Of a stretch of DNA of 64,000 nucleotides, positions 1 through 9,169 are shown piece after piece. This stretch comes from an uncultured bacterium. Its GTDB lineage: Bacteria > Babelota > Babeliae > Babelales > Vermiphilaceae. The stretch lies in contig OY970172.1 in NCBI GenBank assembly GCA_963707655.1, forward strand, positions 704,001-768,000, read 5' to 3'. Positions within the stretch are counted from its first letter, which is position 1. Every line of letters begins with the position of its first letter. The notes beneath the pieces were generated by a model that worked only from the letters and a program-made list of their open reading frames with translations, did no database searches and was not told the DNA's origin. The position numbers were made by a program, and so were the translations under genes.

Positions 1-631
1 AGCAATGGAAAGCCCTGCAACCCTCACTGGGGATGATATACGCACGGCACGCGCAACTCTCTTGGCGCAGGTTAATTTTGCTGACGGCATAGTGGGACAA
101 TATGACACCTATAGAGCAGAACCAGCTGTAGCAGCCGATTCAAAAACAGAAACCTTTGCTGCTGTTATAGTGACTATCAACAATGAGCGCTGGCGCGGTG
201 TTCCTTTTTATCTGAAAACAGGAAAAAAGATGTCCGCGAAACAAACGAGCATCACGATTACTTTTAAAAAAGTCGATTGCTTACTCGCAAAACAATGTCC
301 CACACAAGCCAATTCCTTAACGATACAAATTGCGCCGCAACAATTTTTTGCACTGCAAGTAAACGCAAAAAAAATGGGTACCTCGTCAGAAGTTGAACCG
401 GTATTAATGGACTTTTGCCACAACAACAGCGCGCCACTTGCCTATGAAACATTGCTGGAAGCTATTTATAAAGCAGATCAATCAGTCGCTGTCCGTTTTG
501 ACGAAATTGAATATTCGTGGAAGATTATTGACGCTATTAAGGCAGCCAACCTCCCTTTGTATTCTTACCAATCAAACACGCAGGGCCCAGAGGAATTAGA
601 AAAATTTCTACGTAAACATAAAATAAGGTAG
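1..631 (+). CDS. zwf: Glucose-6-phosphate 1-dehydrogenase, C-terminal part (5' truncated by window)
   Basis: Motifs GQY..Y, S.TETFAA, RWRGVPFYLKTGKKM, AYETLL, EIEYSWKIID typical of the G6PD C-domain; directly upstream of gnd. Confidence 0.93.
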   Translation, partial: AMESPATLTGDDIRTARATLLAQVNFADGIVGQYDTYRAEPAVAADSKTETFAAVIVTINNERWRGVPFYLKTGKKMSAKQTSITITFKKVDCLLAKQCPTQANSLTIQIAPQQFFALQVNAKKMGTSSEVEPVLMDFCHNNSAPLAYETLLEAIYKADQSVAVRFDEIEYSWKIIDAIKAANLPLYSYQSNTQGPEELEKFLRKHKIR

Positions 632-636
632 CGGCT

Positions 637-1545
637 ATGAAAATCGGATTAGTTGGATTAGGCAGAATGGGCAATGCCATAGCACAGCGAGCAATTGAAG
701 GAGGCAATCAGGTTATTGGTTTTGATCTTTCTCCCTCTTCATGTGCCGATGCAGAAAAAATTGGTGTAACGATCGCACCTTCACTTGAAGCATTGGCTCG
801 AGAGGCACGCATCATCTGGCTCATGGTTCCCGCAGGAGAAATCGTTGATACCGTGTTACAAGCTCTGCGCGCCTACCTCAAAAAAGATGACATTGTTATT
901 GACGGGGGCAACAGCAAATTTACCGATTCAATCAGGCGCGCACAAGAGTTAGAAAAGCAGGGAATATTTTTTCTTGATTGTGGTACCTCAGGCGGTTTAC
1001 AGGGCAGAGAGTTTGGTTTTTCACTCATGGTTGGCGGCGATGAAGCAAGCTATACAAAAATACATTCTCTACTTTCTGCAATTGCTGCGCCGGGAGCACT
1101 GGGGTTGGTTGGACCATCGGGCGCGGGGCATTATGTGAAGATGGTGCATAATGGCATAGAATATGCGCTACTACAAGCATATGCAGAAGGATTTATGCTG
1201 ATTAAAGAGGGAAGCTTTAAAAACAGCAATCCGGACTTGGAACAAATTAGTAGAGTTTGGAGCAATGGCTCGATTATAAGATCATGGATCCTTGATCTTT
1301 CTCATGGCATTTTTGAAAAAGATCAGGAATTTCATCATATTTCAGGATCAATCGGACAAAATGGCACCGGAAAATGGACCGTTGAAAATGCTCATGAAAA
1401 TAATATTTCATTACCGGTGATTGAAGAAGCATTAAAAGTGCGCGCCTGGTCAGAACAAACGGGTGGTAACTATGCTACCAAAATCGTTGCTCTCTTGCGC
1501 CATGCATTTGGGGGCCATGAGTTGAAAAAGCAGAAAAAATCATGA
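637..1545 (+). CDS. gnd: 6-phosphogluconate dehydrogenase, decarboxylating (short GntZ/YqeC type)
   Basis: GLGRMG Rossmann motif, IDGGNS, DCGTSGG, GHYVKMVHNGIEY, LRHAFGGH. Confidence 0.95.
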   Translation: MKIGLVGLGRMGNAIAQRAIEGGNQVIGFDLSPSSCADAEKIGVTIAPSLEALAREARIIWLMVPAGEIVDTVLQALRAYLKKDDIVIDGGNSKFTDSIRRAQELEKQGIFFLDCGTSGGLQGREFGFSLMVGGDEASYTKIHSLLSAIAAPGALGLVGPSGAGHYVKMVHNGIEYALLQAYAEGFMLIKEGSFKNSNPDLEQISRVWSNGSIIRSWILDLSHGIFEKDQEFHHISGSIGQNGTGKWTVENAHENNISLPVIEEALKVRAWSEQTGGNYATKIVALLRHAFGGHELKKQKKS

Positions 1546-2165
1546 AAATAATTGATATTAGTTGGCCCATCAGCCAGACAATAACCGGCTATAAAGATAG
1601 AATAACGGTGCGGTTTGAAACCAGAAAAACAATAGCAAAAGATGCTGTATTAGAAACCGGCATTCAGCTTGATTCGCATGCGGGCACCCATGTGGATGCA
1701 CCGGCTCATTTTCTGCCTGATGGGAAGACTATTGATGCGGTCAGCCTTAATTCTTTGATAGGCATGGCAAAGGTAATCGATTGTATAAACGTACATGAAA
1801 AAATTACCGTTGAGTTCTTACAAACCCAAAACATTGAAGCCGGAGATATTATTCTTTTTAAAACAAGCAATAGCCAGAGAGCGCCAACTGAAAAATTTGA
1901 TGCAAACTTTATATACCTAGATGCTGCAGCCGCTGAATATTTAGTAGAAAAGAAAATAAAAGCGGTGGGTATAGACTATCTTGGCATTGAACGAAATCAA
2001 AAAGAACACACAACCCATCGCGCATTGATGCAGCATGATGTTACTATTATCGAGGGGTTGCGCCTGGGCCATGTAAACGCAGGGCGCTACCAATGTATCT
2101 GTTTACCATTAGCGGTAATGGGCCTGGAGGCGGCTCCGGCACGCGCTATTTTAATAGAGGAGTAA
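1542..2165 (+). CDS. Cyclase-family metal-dependent hydrolase (kynurenine formamidase KynB-like)
   Basis: HAGTHVDAPAHF motif, VGIDYLGIE, IIEGL, EAAPARA; ATGA overlap with gnd. Confidence 0.9.
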   Translation: MKIIDISWPISQTITGYKDRITVRFETRKTIAKDAVLETGIQLDSHAGTHVDAPAHFLPDGKTIDAVSLNSLIGMAKVIDCINVHEKITVEFLQTQNIEAGDIILFKTSNSQRAPTEKFDANFIYLDAAAAEYLVEKKIKAVGIDYLGIERNQKEHTTHRALMQHDVTIIEGLRLGHVNAGRYQCICLPLAVMGLEAAPARAILIEE

Positions 2166-2167
2166 CA

Positions 2168-2677
2168 ATGAAAAAACTATTATTAATTTTTTGCCTAAGC
2201 TTAACGCAATCAGCGCACAGTAACGTCTACAGAGGTGGTGGCGGTGGCTCTCAACCGAAAACCAAACGACATGCAATCACAGTCCATTCATTATCTGAAT
2301 ACGAAACATATTATAATCAAGCTGATGAGCCCGAGCATATACATTCCCATGGATTGTCTTTAGCTGATTATCACGCGCTCTACCGCGTAGCACACGGCAA
2401 AACATCAGCAAAAAAGGCGGTTGCTCTTTTGCAAAATACCGCGCCAAAAGTTCGTCGAAAACTTTATAAAAGAATTAAGACAGAGAATGACAATTTTTTA
2501 AACAACAATGATAGCGCAAAGAAAGCTCTCTGTTTTTATACAAAGCAACAAAGACGCGCCATGAAATTGCAAAATCTTGCCCATTTTAGACCGTTGTCAG
2601 AATTTGCCCCAGAAGAAGGTCTAGTAGCCGAAGGACAATTTGAAATGAGCCCTAACGATCCCTATTATCAGGAGTGA
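2168..2677 (+). CDS. Secreted hypothetical protein, orphan family member 1
   Basis: RBS GAGGAG then ATG at 2168; signal peptide MKKLLLIFCLSLTQSAHS; motif LSLADYHALYRVAHGK shared with neighbours. Confidence 0.8.
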   Translation: MKKLLLIFCLSLTQSAHSNVYRGGGGGSQPKTKRHAITVHSLSEYETYYNQADEPEHIHSHGLSLADYHALYRVAHGKTSAKKAVALLQNTAPKVRRKLYKRIKTENDNFLNNNDSAKKALCFYTKQQRRAMKLQNLAHFRPLSEFAPEEGLVAEGQFEMSPNDPYYQE

Positions 2678-2679
2678 CC

Positions 2680-3105
2680 ATGAAACATCTATTATTCATT
2701 CTGTGCCTAGGCTTAGCACAATCGCTACACGGCAGCATTTTTTTGCCCAAACAAATCACCGTGTATTCATTACAATACTATGAAACATATTACAATCAAG
2801 CGGATGATCCAGAGCATATCTATCACAACAAATTATCTTTAGCTGATTATCACACGCTCTATCATGTGGCACATGGAAAAAAATCGTCACAGAAAGCAAT
2901 TGATATTTTGCGAAATATCAACCCAGAAGTGCGCCAGAAACTTTATGAAAAAATTGAGGAAGAGAATAACACCTTTGTAAAAAATAATGATACTCCCAAA
3001 AATTGCCTCTGTTATTACACTAAACAACAAAAACGGGCCATAAAATTGCAACTTGCTTTTGATGTCAAACATTTATTGGAAGCAATTGATACTACCCCGC
3101 GGTAA
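2680..3105 (+). CDS. Secreted hypothetical protein, orphan family member 2
   Basis: Close paralog of 2168-2677 (YETYYNQAD.PEHI, LSLADYH.LY.VAHGK, LC.YTKQQ.RA.KLQ). Confidence 0.8.
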   Translation: MKHLLFILCLGLAQSLHGSIFLPKQITVYSLQYYETYYNQADDPEHIYHNKLSLADYHTLYHVAHGKKSSQKAIDILRNINPEVRQKLYEKIEEENNTFVKNNDTPKNCLCYYTKQQKRAIKLQLAFDVKHLLEAIDTTPR

Positions 3106-3189
3106 GAATTTGTCTGGCATTAATACATTAATTTGTTTATTATAATCCTGTTTTTGACACAATGAATATCGAATAAAAAGGCAAATGTT

Positions 3190-3612
3190 ATGAAAAAATT
3201 ATTTCTGCTTTCCTGCATGTTAATGCTACAGCACATACATGGCATGGATGAAGTGGGTATGGGCGTTGAGCAGCCAAAAGGATATAACACAATATCTTTA
3301 GCGCAATGGGGTATTTTATATAATGTTGCACACTGCAAGTACTACCTTGACAGCATGAAAACTATTATTAAACCCTTATCCAAGCCCGCAAAAAAACGTG
3401 TTATAAAAAAAGTAGCTGAAGAGCATCAAAATTTTCTTAACAACTACACGCCCACTCCTATAGGGGATTTAGATGAGCCGCAGGTCAAAGATTTAAAGAA
3501 ATTTTTTAAACGTCACAAGATCACTTTTCGGTACAAAAAGATGCTTACCGAGGAACAATTTTTTGCGCTTCAAAGACTTCAGAGGATGGCGCGAGAAGAG
3601 GCACTTGACTGA
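3190..3612 (+). CDS. Secreted hypothetical protein, orphan family member 3
   Basis: Signal peptide; ISLAQWGILYNVAHC, KVAEEHQNFL. Confidence 0.8.
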   Translation: MKKLFLLSCMLMLQHIHGMDEVGMGVEQPKGYNTISLAQWGILYNVAHCKYYLDSMKTIIKPLSKPAKKRVIKKVAEEHQNFLNNYTPTPIGDLDEPQVKDLKKFFKRHKITFRYKKMLTEEQFFALQRLQRMAREEALD

Positions 3613-3650
3613 GCTTACAAAGCATCGTTAACTCTTGCCAAGTAAAATAT

Positions 3651-4058
3651 ATGAAAAAAATATTTCTCATTTCTTGCATATTAATGCTCCAACAAATAAA
3701 TAGTATGGATAGCGTGGGCGCGGGCATGGAGCGGCCAAAGAAAAACGAGTATACAACAGTATCTTTGGCGCAATGGGCTACTTTGTATAATGTTGCACAC
3801 TGCACCGCACAACTTGACGAAATGAAAGCTATTATAGCGCCTTTGTCCAGGCGGGCGAAAAAACTTGTACGGGCAAAGGTAGCTGAAGAACATCAAGATT
3901 TTCTCACGCGCGACTACACGCCCTTTTATTTTCCACACTGGCAGCAGAATGAAGTCAACGCTTTAAAGTTTTTTTTTAAACGCTACAATGTCACGTTTCA
4001 ATACAAAGCCGTGAAGACGGCACGTGAGATTCTAGAGGAGATAAAAATGGAGTGGTGA
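3651..4058 (+). CDS. Secreted hypothetical protein, orphan family member 4
   Basis: Paralog of 3190-3612 (VSLAQWATLYNVAHC, KVAEEHQDFL). Confidence 0.8.
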   Translation: MKKIFLISCILMLQQINSMDSVGAGMERPKKNEYTTVSLAQWATLYNVAHCTAQLDEMKAIIAPLSRRAKKLVRAKVAEEHQDFLTRDYTPFYFPHWQQNEVNALKFFFKRYNVTFQYKAVKTAREILEEIKMEW

Positions 4059-4080
4059 ATCTACCCACAAAAGCATTGTT

Positions 4081-4127
4081 AACTCTTGCGCAAAACGGCT
4101 TCCTGAATGGTTTGCTTTATCAGATCA
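4081..4127. repeat. Diverged copy (41/47 nt) of 4615-4661, the 3' end of the phospholipase gene
   Basis: aactcttgcgcaaaacggcttcctgaatggtttgctttatcagatca vs aacttttgcgcaaagcgacctcttgaatggcttgctttatcagatca. Confidence 0.85.
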
Positions 4128-4145
4128 GCTAATTAGAGAAAATAT

Positions 4146-4592
4146 ATGAAAAAATTATTTATGATGTCTTGCCTATTACTACTACAACAAATAAGCGGCA
4201 TGGACACAGTGGGCGCAGGTATGGAGCGGCTCAGTTATAAAACAATATCCTTAGAACAATGGGCCATTCTGTACTACGTGGCAAACTGCAACAACAACAT
4301 TGAGAAAATGCAAGCTATTATGGACCCTTTATCCAAGCACGCGAGAAAACGTGTTAGAGCGAAGGTGGCTGAGCAACACCAAAAATTTCTCGAGGTTTAC
4401 ATCCCAAAGCCTGAGGGAGATGTTTATAAGCCAGCGGTCACAAAATTAAAAAAATTTTTCAAAAAGCACGATATCTCTTTTCAATATAACCCGATGATGT
4501 CTATTGCAGAATGGCAAGCGGAAGAACAGCAAAGGGCGAGCCGGGAGAGGTACTGGCACGCAGTTGAAAGAGGCGAAATACACCTTGAGTAA
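4146..4592 (+). CDS. Secreted hypothetical protein, orphan family member 5
   Basis: Paralog (ISLEQWAILYYVANC, KVAEQHQKFL). Confidence 0.8.
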   Translation: MKKLFMMSCLLLLQQISGMDTVGAGMERLSYKTISLEQWAILYYVANCNNNIEKMQAIMDPLSKHARKRVRAKVAEQHQKFLEVYIPKPEGDVYKPAVTKLKKFFKKHDISFQYNPMMSIAEWQAEEQQRASRERYWHAVERGEIHLE

Positions 4593-4612
4593 ACTTCTCG
4601 CTCAAAACATTT

Positions 4613-6184
4613 TCAACTTTTGCGCAAAGCGACCTCTTGAATGGCTTGCTTTATCAGATCAACATTTTGCTTAATACCAAAATAGGCCAAGCCACCCAAC
4701 GTATTGATCTGCTCTTGTGAATATTTAAAGTTAAAAGTACCACAATATTCATTTTCGCAAGCAACCGGATCAAAGCTGGTTGAATAATCACTATTGCTAA
4801 TCATAGGAAAATAGATAACAATCGGACATGCGCTGTTTGTTTCATCTTTAAATACACGCACAACACTTGTCCCTAAATCGGTGTAATCAATCGGTGGAAA
4901 CGGCACATTATTGCGTTCTGCATATTCCTGTGTTTGTCTGAGCGTATCAAAATTTTGATTGCCCTCAGTGGCATCATACACAATAATAATATCAACCGCA
5001 CGCGCAGGGCGCAGCAATGGGGGAAACGGCAGGTTACATGACAAGCCGCCATCCATCAACGTAAGATGGGTTTTATCTTTAAGAGGACTTGCCACAAATT
5101 TGTATGAAAAATTTTTCTCGTTTGAAGGGGCTATGCGCACGGTGTTGGCCGCATGATTAACCTTAATATCATGCAACATAGCAGTGATAGCCGGTTGCAT
5201 AAAAGAGGGCAATGCATCAACATCGGCAAAAATAGAAGCGCTGTAGCTATTAATAAGATCGCGCACATTCGCATCATATGCTGACCCAAACACTCCCATC
5301 ATATACGCAAGGGAAAGTTCCGGCGCTTTTTCAGTTGAAACGCCATTTTCAAATGAGCGGCCATACGCGTGTGTTGGGATATAGGTTTTGGCATACGAGC
5401 TCCCCATCTCATAAGGAGTACACTCAAACCATTGATATGGGTAAACATCCGGCGTTACCGCGGTATAAATAGGCAAAGGATATGCACCGCTCTCTACCGC
5501 TTTATGAGTATCTGAGAGCGTTACAAAAAAACGGTTATCGCCAAACTCTTGCAATAAGAGATTTGCCAGAAAAGTGCTATAAATATCGATTGATGAAAAA
5601 CCTTGTCCCGACTCAACTTTTCTTATTAAATAATCTGAAATATGCCAAAGATCATCAGCCGCCTGCGAAGCATTCAATCCATTCTCTGTTTTTGCACCAA
5701 GGCCATTAATATAGGTAGGCAAATCTATGCCGGAGCTGATCCATGGCGCTAAGGCCCATGTTGAACCTGAGAGCCCTGCCGCGTATAATGCGCTATCAAG
5801 CAACCCCTCTTCTTGCGCCGCTTTTAATGCGAACAATGCAGTAATCATTGCACGAAAACCGCCACCACTAAAGCACCATGCTATGCGGGGACAAGTATCT
5901 TGATTTGTCTGAATACCCATGGCGTTCAATGCGCTGCATACTGTTGCAAGACGCTTGGCAATTACTGCTTCTTCCTCTGCGCATAGAGAGTCTGCAGCAT
6001 CATAACGAACCGCTATTTTTTTATTATTGAGTTGCCCAATATGTGCAAATAATGTTTGTAAAAATTGCGGCATCCATCGTAGCTTATGTTCATATAAAAC
6101 ATATTCTGAGGTATCATTCAAAGCGCAAGAAAACGTAGGTAATAATAAAAGACAAAAAAACAAAACAACAGGATTTTTCTTCAT
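4613..6184 (-). CDS. Secreted lysophospholipase / cytosolic PLA2-like catalytic domain protein
   Basis: SGGGFRAM, GLSGSTW (catalytic Ser), WFECTPYE, LMDGG..NLPFPPLLRPARAVDIII: the cPLA2/phospholipase B signature set; N-terminal signal peptide. Confidence 0.88.
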   Translation of the reverse strand: MKKNPVVLFFCLLLLPTFSCALNDTSEYVLYEHKLRWMPQFLQTLFAHIGQLNNKKIAVRYDAADSLCAEEEAVIAKRLATVCSALNAMGIQTNQDTCPRIAWCFSGGGFRAMITALFALKAAQEEGLLDSALYAAGLSGSTWALAPWISSGIDLPTYINGLGAKTENGLNASQAADDLWHISDYLIRKVESGQGFSSIDIYSTFLANLLLQEFGDNRFFVTLSDTHKAVESGAYPLPIYTAVTPDVYPYQWFECTPYEMGSSYAKTYIPTHAYGRSFENGVSTEKAPELSLAYMMGVFGSAYDANVRDLINSYSASIFADVDALPSFMQPAITAMLHDIKVNHAANTVRIAPSNEKNFSYKFVASPLKDKTHLTLMDGGLSCNLPFPPLLRPARAVDIIIVYDATEGNQNFDTLRQTQEYAERNNVPFPPIDYTDLGTSVVRVFKDETNSACPIVIYFPMISNSDYSTSFDPVACENEYCGTFNFKYSQEQINTLGGLAYFGIKQNVDLIKQAIQEVALRKS

Positions 6185-6214
6185 TGTGAGAATCCTTTTT
6201 TTAATCCTCTGTAT

Positions 6215-6733
6215 TTATATTTTTTCAATCATCGCCACCGATTTCTCAATGACACTATTTACATCACTAGCAGCTTCGGTAAAATTTTGCAATACATAAT
6301 CAGGAACATTTTCACGCTCTGTTGGGCGCCCAATGCCCACACGCAGTCTTTCAAAAGAATCGCCGCTGGCCGCAATAATCGATTTAAGTCCGTTGTGCCC
6401 TTTTGCGCTTCCCCCTTTTTTAATTTTAATCTGACCAAAGGGAAGTTCCAATTCGTCATGCACCACCAAAATATTGTCGGCTTTTATCCCTTTTTTGAGC
6501 AAATAAGGAATCACTCTTCCCGAGCTATTCATAAATGTTTGCGGTTTTATCAATAATAATTGAGAGCCGTTTAAAGAAATCTCGGCAATTTCCATGTCCT
6601 GGTTTTTGCGCCAGCTGCCATGATACCGAGTAGCAAGTTCATCAAGAACGCGAAAGCCGATTGAATGGCGTTGATAATAATAGGCCGAGCCGGGGTTGCC
6701 TAGCCCAATAATTGCTTTAATTGCATGATCCAT
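6215..6733 (-). CDS. pth: Peptidyl-tRNA hydrolase
   Basis: GLGNPG, KPQTFMNSSG, VVHDEL, GHNGLKSI, RLRVGIGRP. Confidence 0.96.
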   Translation of the reverse strand: MDHAIKAIIGLGNPGSAYYYQRHSIGFRVLDELATRYHGSWRKNQDMEIAEISLNGSQLLLIKPQTFMNSSGRVIPYLLKKGIKADNILVVHDELELPFGQIKIKKGGSAKGHNGLKSIIAASGDSFERLRVGIGRPTERENVPDYVLQNFTEAASDVNSVIEKSVAMIEKI

Positions 6734-6745
6734 GTTTGCTCACTC

Positions 6746-7645
6746 TTATTGTATAGAGGGTACTAATGCGCTGCTTATATCAAATATTTCTATTTTATTA
6801 TGGTGAAAAGATGCCGGTACGGAGTTTGAAACAAAAATTTTATCAAAAACATGGGTAATTAATGGCACGTTCTCTTGCTTTGAAAATATACCATGAATAA
6901 AAAAGCCATATATTTCTTTAAAACCGCGTAGCCTCAGATCATGGGCAACATGCATTGCAGTGCCACCCGTATCAATAATATCATCAATGATAATCGCTTT
7001 CTCGTGCAAAGAAAAATCGGATACCCCTGCAAGAGCAATAGTATCTGCTGAAATACGCTTTTTTTCATAAAACATGACCGGCTTATTCACTATGGCGGCA
7101 ACCGCATGTGCGCGCTCACGCGCCCCATTATCGGGCGCTACAATACAATAATCACCCACAATGCGTTGCTGTATATACTCGGCAAGCAGCTGAGTAACAT
7201 GAATAGAACGCATCTGCTTTGTAAAAAATGCCTCATCCTGGAGATCATGCAATTCTACACAGATAAAACGATCAATAGGCAACGATTCCAATAGTCGAAT
7301 AATGCTCTGCGCCGCGGGAGGAATTCCTTTAACGGTCACCTTACTGTGGCGCGAATAACCAAGATACGGAATAAGGGCAGCAAGCTCTGCGCTTCCTGCG
7401 TAGTGAATAACATTGGCCATTAATGCCAACGTTATAATTTCTTCTGCAACAGGGGGGCAGGTAGGATGAATAACAACCACTTTTTTATTGGCGAAAGATG
7501 TAAGATCATCAAAAATTATATCTCGTTCCCCATCGGCAAATACCGTTATATGAGGAACAATCAACTCTTTGCCCAGCGCGCGCGCTATTTGGTCAGCAAG
7601 ATCAAATTTACTGGAAGCAACAATGAGCACATCATCATATTTCAT
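6746..7645 (-). CDS. prs: Ribose-phosphate pyrophosphokinase
   Basis: FADGE, PYLGYSR, VAPDNGA, IIIDDIIDTGGT PRPP-binding motif. Confidence 0.92.
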   Translation of the reverse strand: MKYDDVLIVASSKFDLADQIARALGKELIVPHITVFADGERDIIFDDLTSFANKKVVVIHPTCPPVAEEIITLALMANVIHYAGSAELAALIPYLGYSRHSKVTVKGIPPAAQSIIRLLESLPIDRFICVELHDLQDEAFFTKQMRSIHVTQLLAEYIQQRIVGDYCIVAPDNGARERAHAVAAIVNKPVMFYEKKRISADTIALAGVSDFSLHEKAIIIDDIIDTGGTAMHVAHDLRLRGFKEIYGFFIHGIFSKQENVPLITHVFDKIFVSNSVPASFHHNKIEIFDISSALVPSIQ

Positions 7646-7664
7646 AAAAAACTCTTTTAAAAGC

Positions 7665-7696
7665 AAGAAGCGCGACTATTTGTAGTCGCGCTTCTT
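7665..7696. terminator. Hairpin (likely intrinsic terminator) downstream of skp
   Basis: Perfect 14-bp inverted repeat aagaagcgcgacta-tttg-tagtcgcgcttctt. Confidence 0.75.
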
Positions 7697-7731
7697 TATG
7701 TTTTATATAAATTACTGCAAGGCAGTTAATC

Positions 7732-8382
7732 TTAGCTGGCCGCTACTGCTGACACATTCTTTTTGTTATCTGCAATAGTTGCGGTTGCTTTTTTGTTAGC
7801 CGCATACTTTGTATTCATTGCGCCGATAAGTTTATCACTTACATCGGCTTTAGCTGAACTATAGAGTATTTGACCGGTTGTTTTATCAGCTATGATATCA
7901 ATGCTTTCTGCTTGAGCAATGGTTGCTGCTGATTCACGCACTTCTTTAAGAATTCTTTCTGATGCTTTTGCTTGCAACCCTTGGAACTCTTGATTTTTCT
8001 CTTCTACCAGAACTTGGTAATCACGTTTTGCTTTTACCAATCTCTTTTCTTCTTTTTCACGTGATGCTTCACTCATTGTTGCTTTTTTGCTGTCATAAGC
8101 CAAAATGTCTTGTTCTATTTCTTTGCCTTTTTGGGTTATTTCTGTGGACATTTTTTGATTTGTGTCTGACAAGCCGAGTGTTACTTCTGATCCCAATGAC
8201 GATTTTTGCATCACTTCAAATGCATCAACAACGCGTATGTTGAGCTCTTGCCCCTTTTTATCCCCAGCGGCAGCAACTTTTGCTTCAGGAGCTTTCACCT
8301 GAGCAGCCGGTTTTGAATCTGCCAATGCAGTACCAACCAAAGAAGCGCCAAGAATGGTCAAAATTATTCTGTTATTTTTCAT
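7732..8382 (-). CDS. skp: OmpH/Skp-family periplasmic chaperone
   Basis: Signal peptide, IRVVD beta-strand, long coiled coil, C-terminal IDII..K....LY....DVSD.LI pattern. Confidence 0.8.
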   Translation of the reverse strand: MKNNRIILTILGASLVGTALADSKPAAQVKAPEAKVAAAGDKKGQELNIRVVDAFEVMQKSSLGSEVTLGLSDTNQKMSTEITQKGKEIEQDILAYDSKKATMSEASREKEEKRLVKAKRDYQVLVEEKNQEFQGLQAKASERILKEVRESAATIAQAESIDIIADKTTGQILYSSAKADVSDKLIGAMNTKYAANKKATATIADNKKNVSAVAAS

Positions 8383-8470
8383 ATTATATTCCTTTGAAAA
8401 AAAGCTTAATACTCTGTTTCAGCTAATCTAATTTTTTTCAAACATTTAGTCAACTAGGGCTTTCATTCAA

Positions 8471-9058
8471 TTAATTCTCATCTTGCCCGATATCGGAATC
8501 TACCGACTCAGCAACCTCCACCATGTACTGCTCTTCAGCATCCTGGCGAGCTTTTTCTTCACGGTAGCCGGCTATTTTCTTATTGAGCTCATTTAATTCT
8601 TGCTGGGCCCCCACAAGACAATCATTTCCATTTGAAATAAGCAGCAAGTATTCATTTTCTCGCTGAATTATTTTCTTTATGCTTTCTTGTGCTTGCTTGG
8701 CAATTGCTTCCAATTCTTTTTTCTTCTCCTGACAAGGTTCTCTGTTTGGCTCTTTGCAAAAAACAAACATCTGAGCAAGCATAACCTGTTGTAATTCTCG
8801 CTGTTTTTCACTTTCTATCTCATATTCTTTTCTTGCCTGCCTCATGCGCGTACTACAGGCGTCTATATCTTCTTTTAAGTGTTTAATGGCATTGGAACGC
8901 AGCTCACTATTTTGAATTGCTTTGCGCAGTTCTTCATCATTAAGAATGGCTTGAATGACAGGAATAGATGACTGATTGGCTGATGATCCCCAAAAAGCAT
9001 TGCTTGCTTGGTAGGAGCAGAGAACAAAGAGCACTGAAAAAAAACGAATACCATTCAT
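8471..9058 (-). CDS. Secreted coiled-coil hypothetical protein
   Basis: Signal peptide and E/K/Q-rich helical sequence. Confidence 0.7.
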   Translation of the reverse strand: MNGIRFFSVLFVLCSYQASNAFWGSSANQSSIPVIQAILNDEELRKAIQNSELRSNAIKHLKEDIDACSTRMRQARKEYEIESEKQRELQQVMLAQMFVFCKEPNREPCQEKKKELEAIAKQAQESIKKIIQRENEYLLLISNGNDCLVGAQQELNELNKKIAGYREEKARQDAEEQYMVEVAESVDSDIGQDEN

Positions 9059-9169
9059 AGTAAATCCTTTTGATTTTTTCACACAAAGCATTAACGTTCT
9101 CATTGTAATCAAAGTGAACTTTAGCGCAATAAAATGATGTTTCTAAAGGAGGAGATTGATTACCAAGAA

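Noticed and set aside
2093..2167. N-terminal extension of ORF 2093-2677
   Set aside because: Overlaps the cyclase gene; the RBS and signal peptide indicate the start at 2168.
6215..7645. Absence of rplY between prs and pth
   Set aside because: Simple gene-order variation; cannot infer loss from one window.
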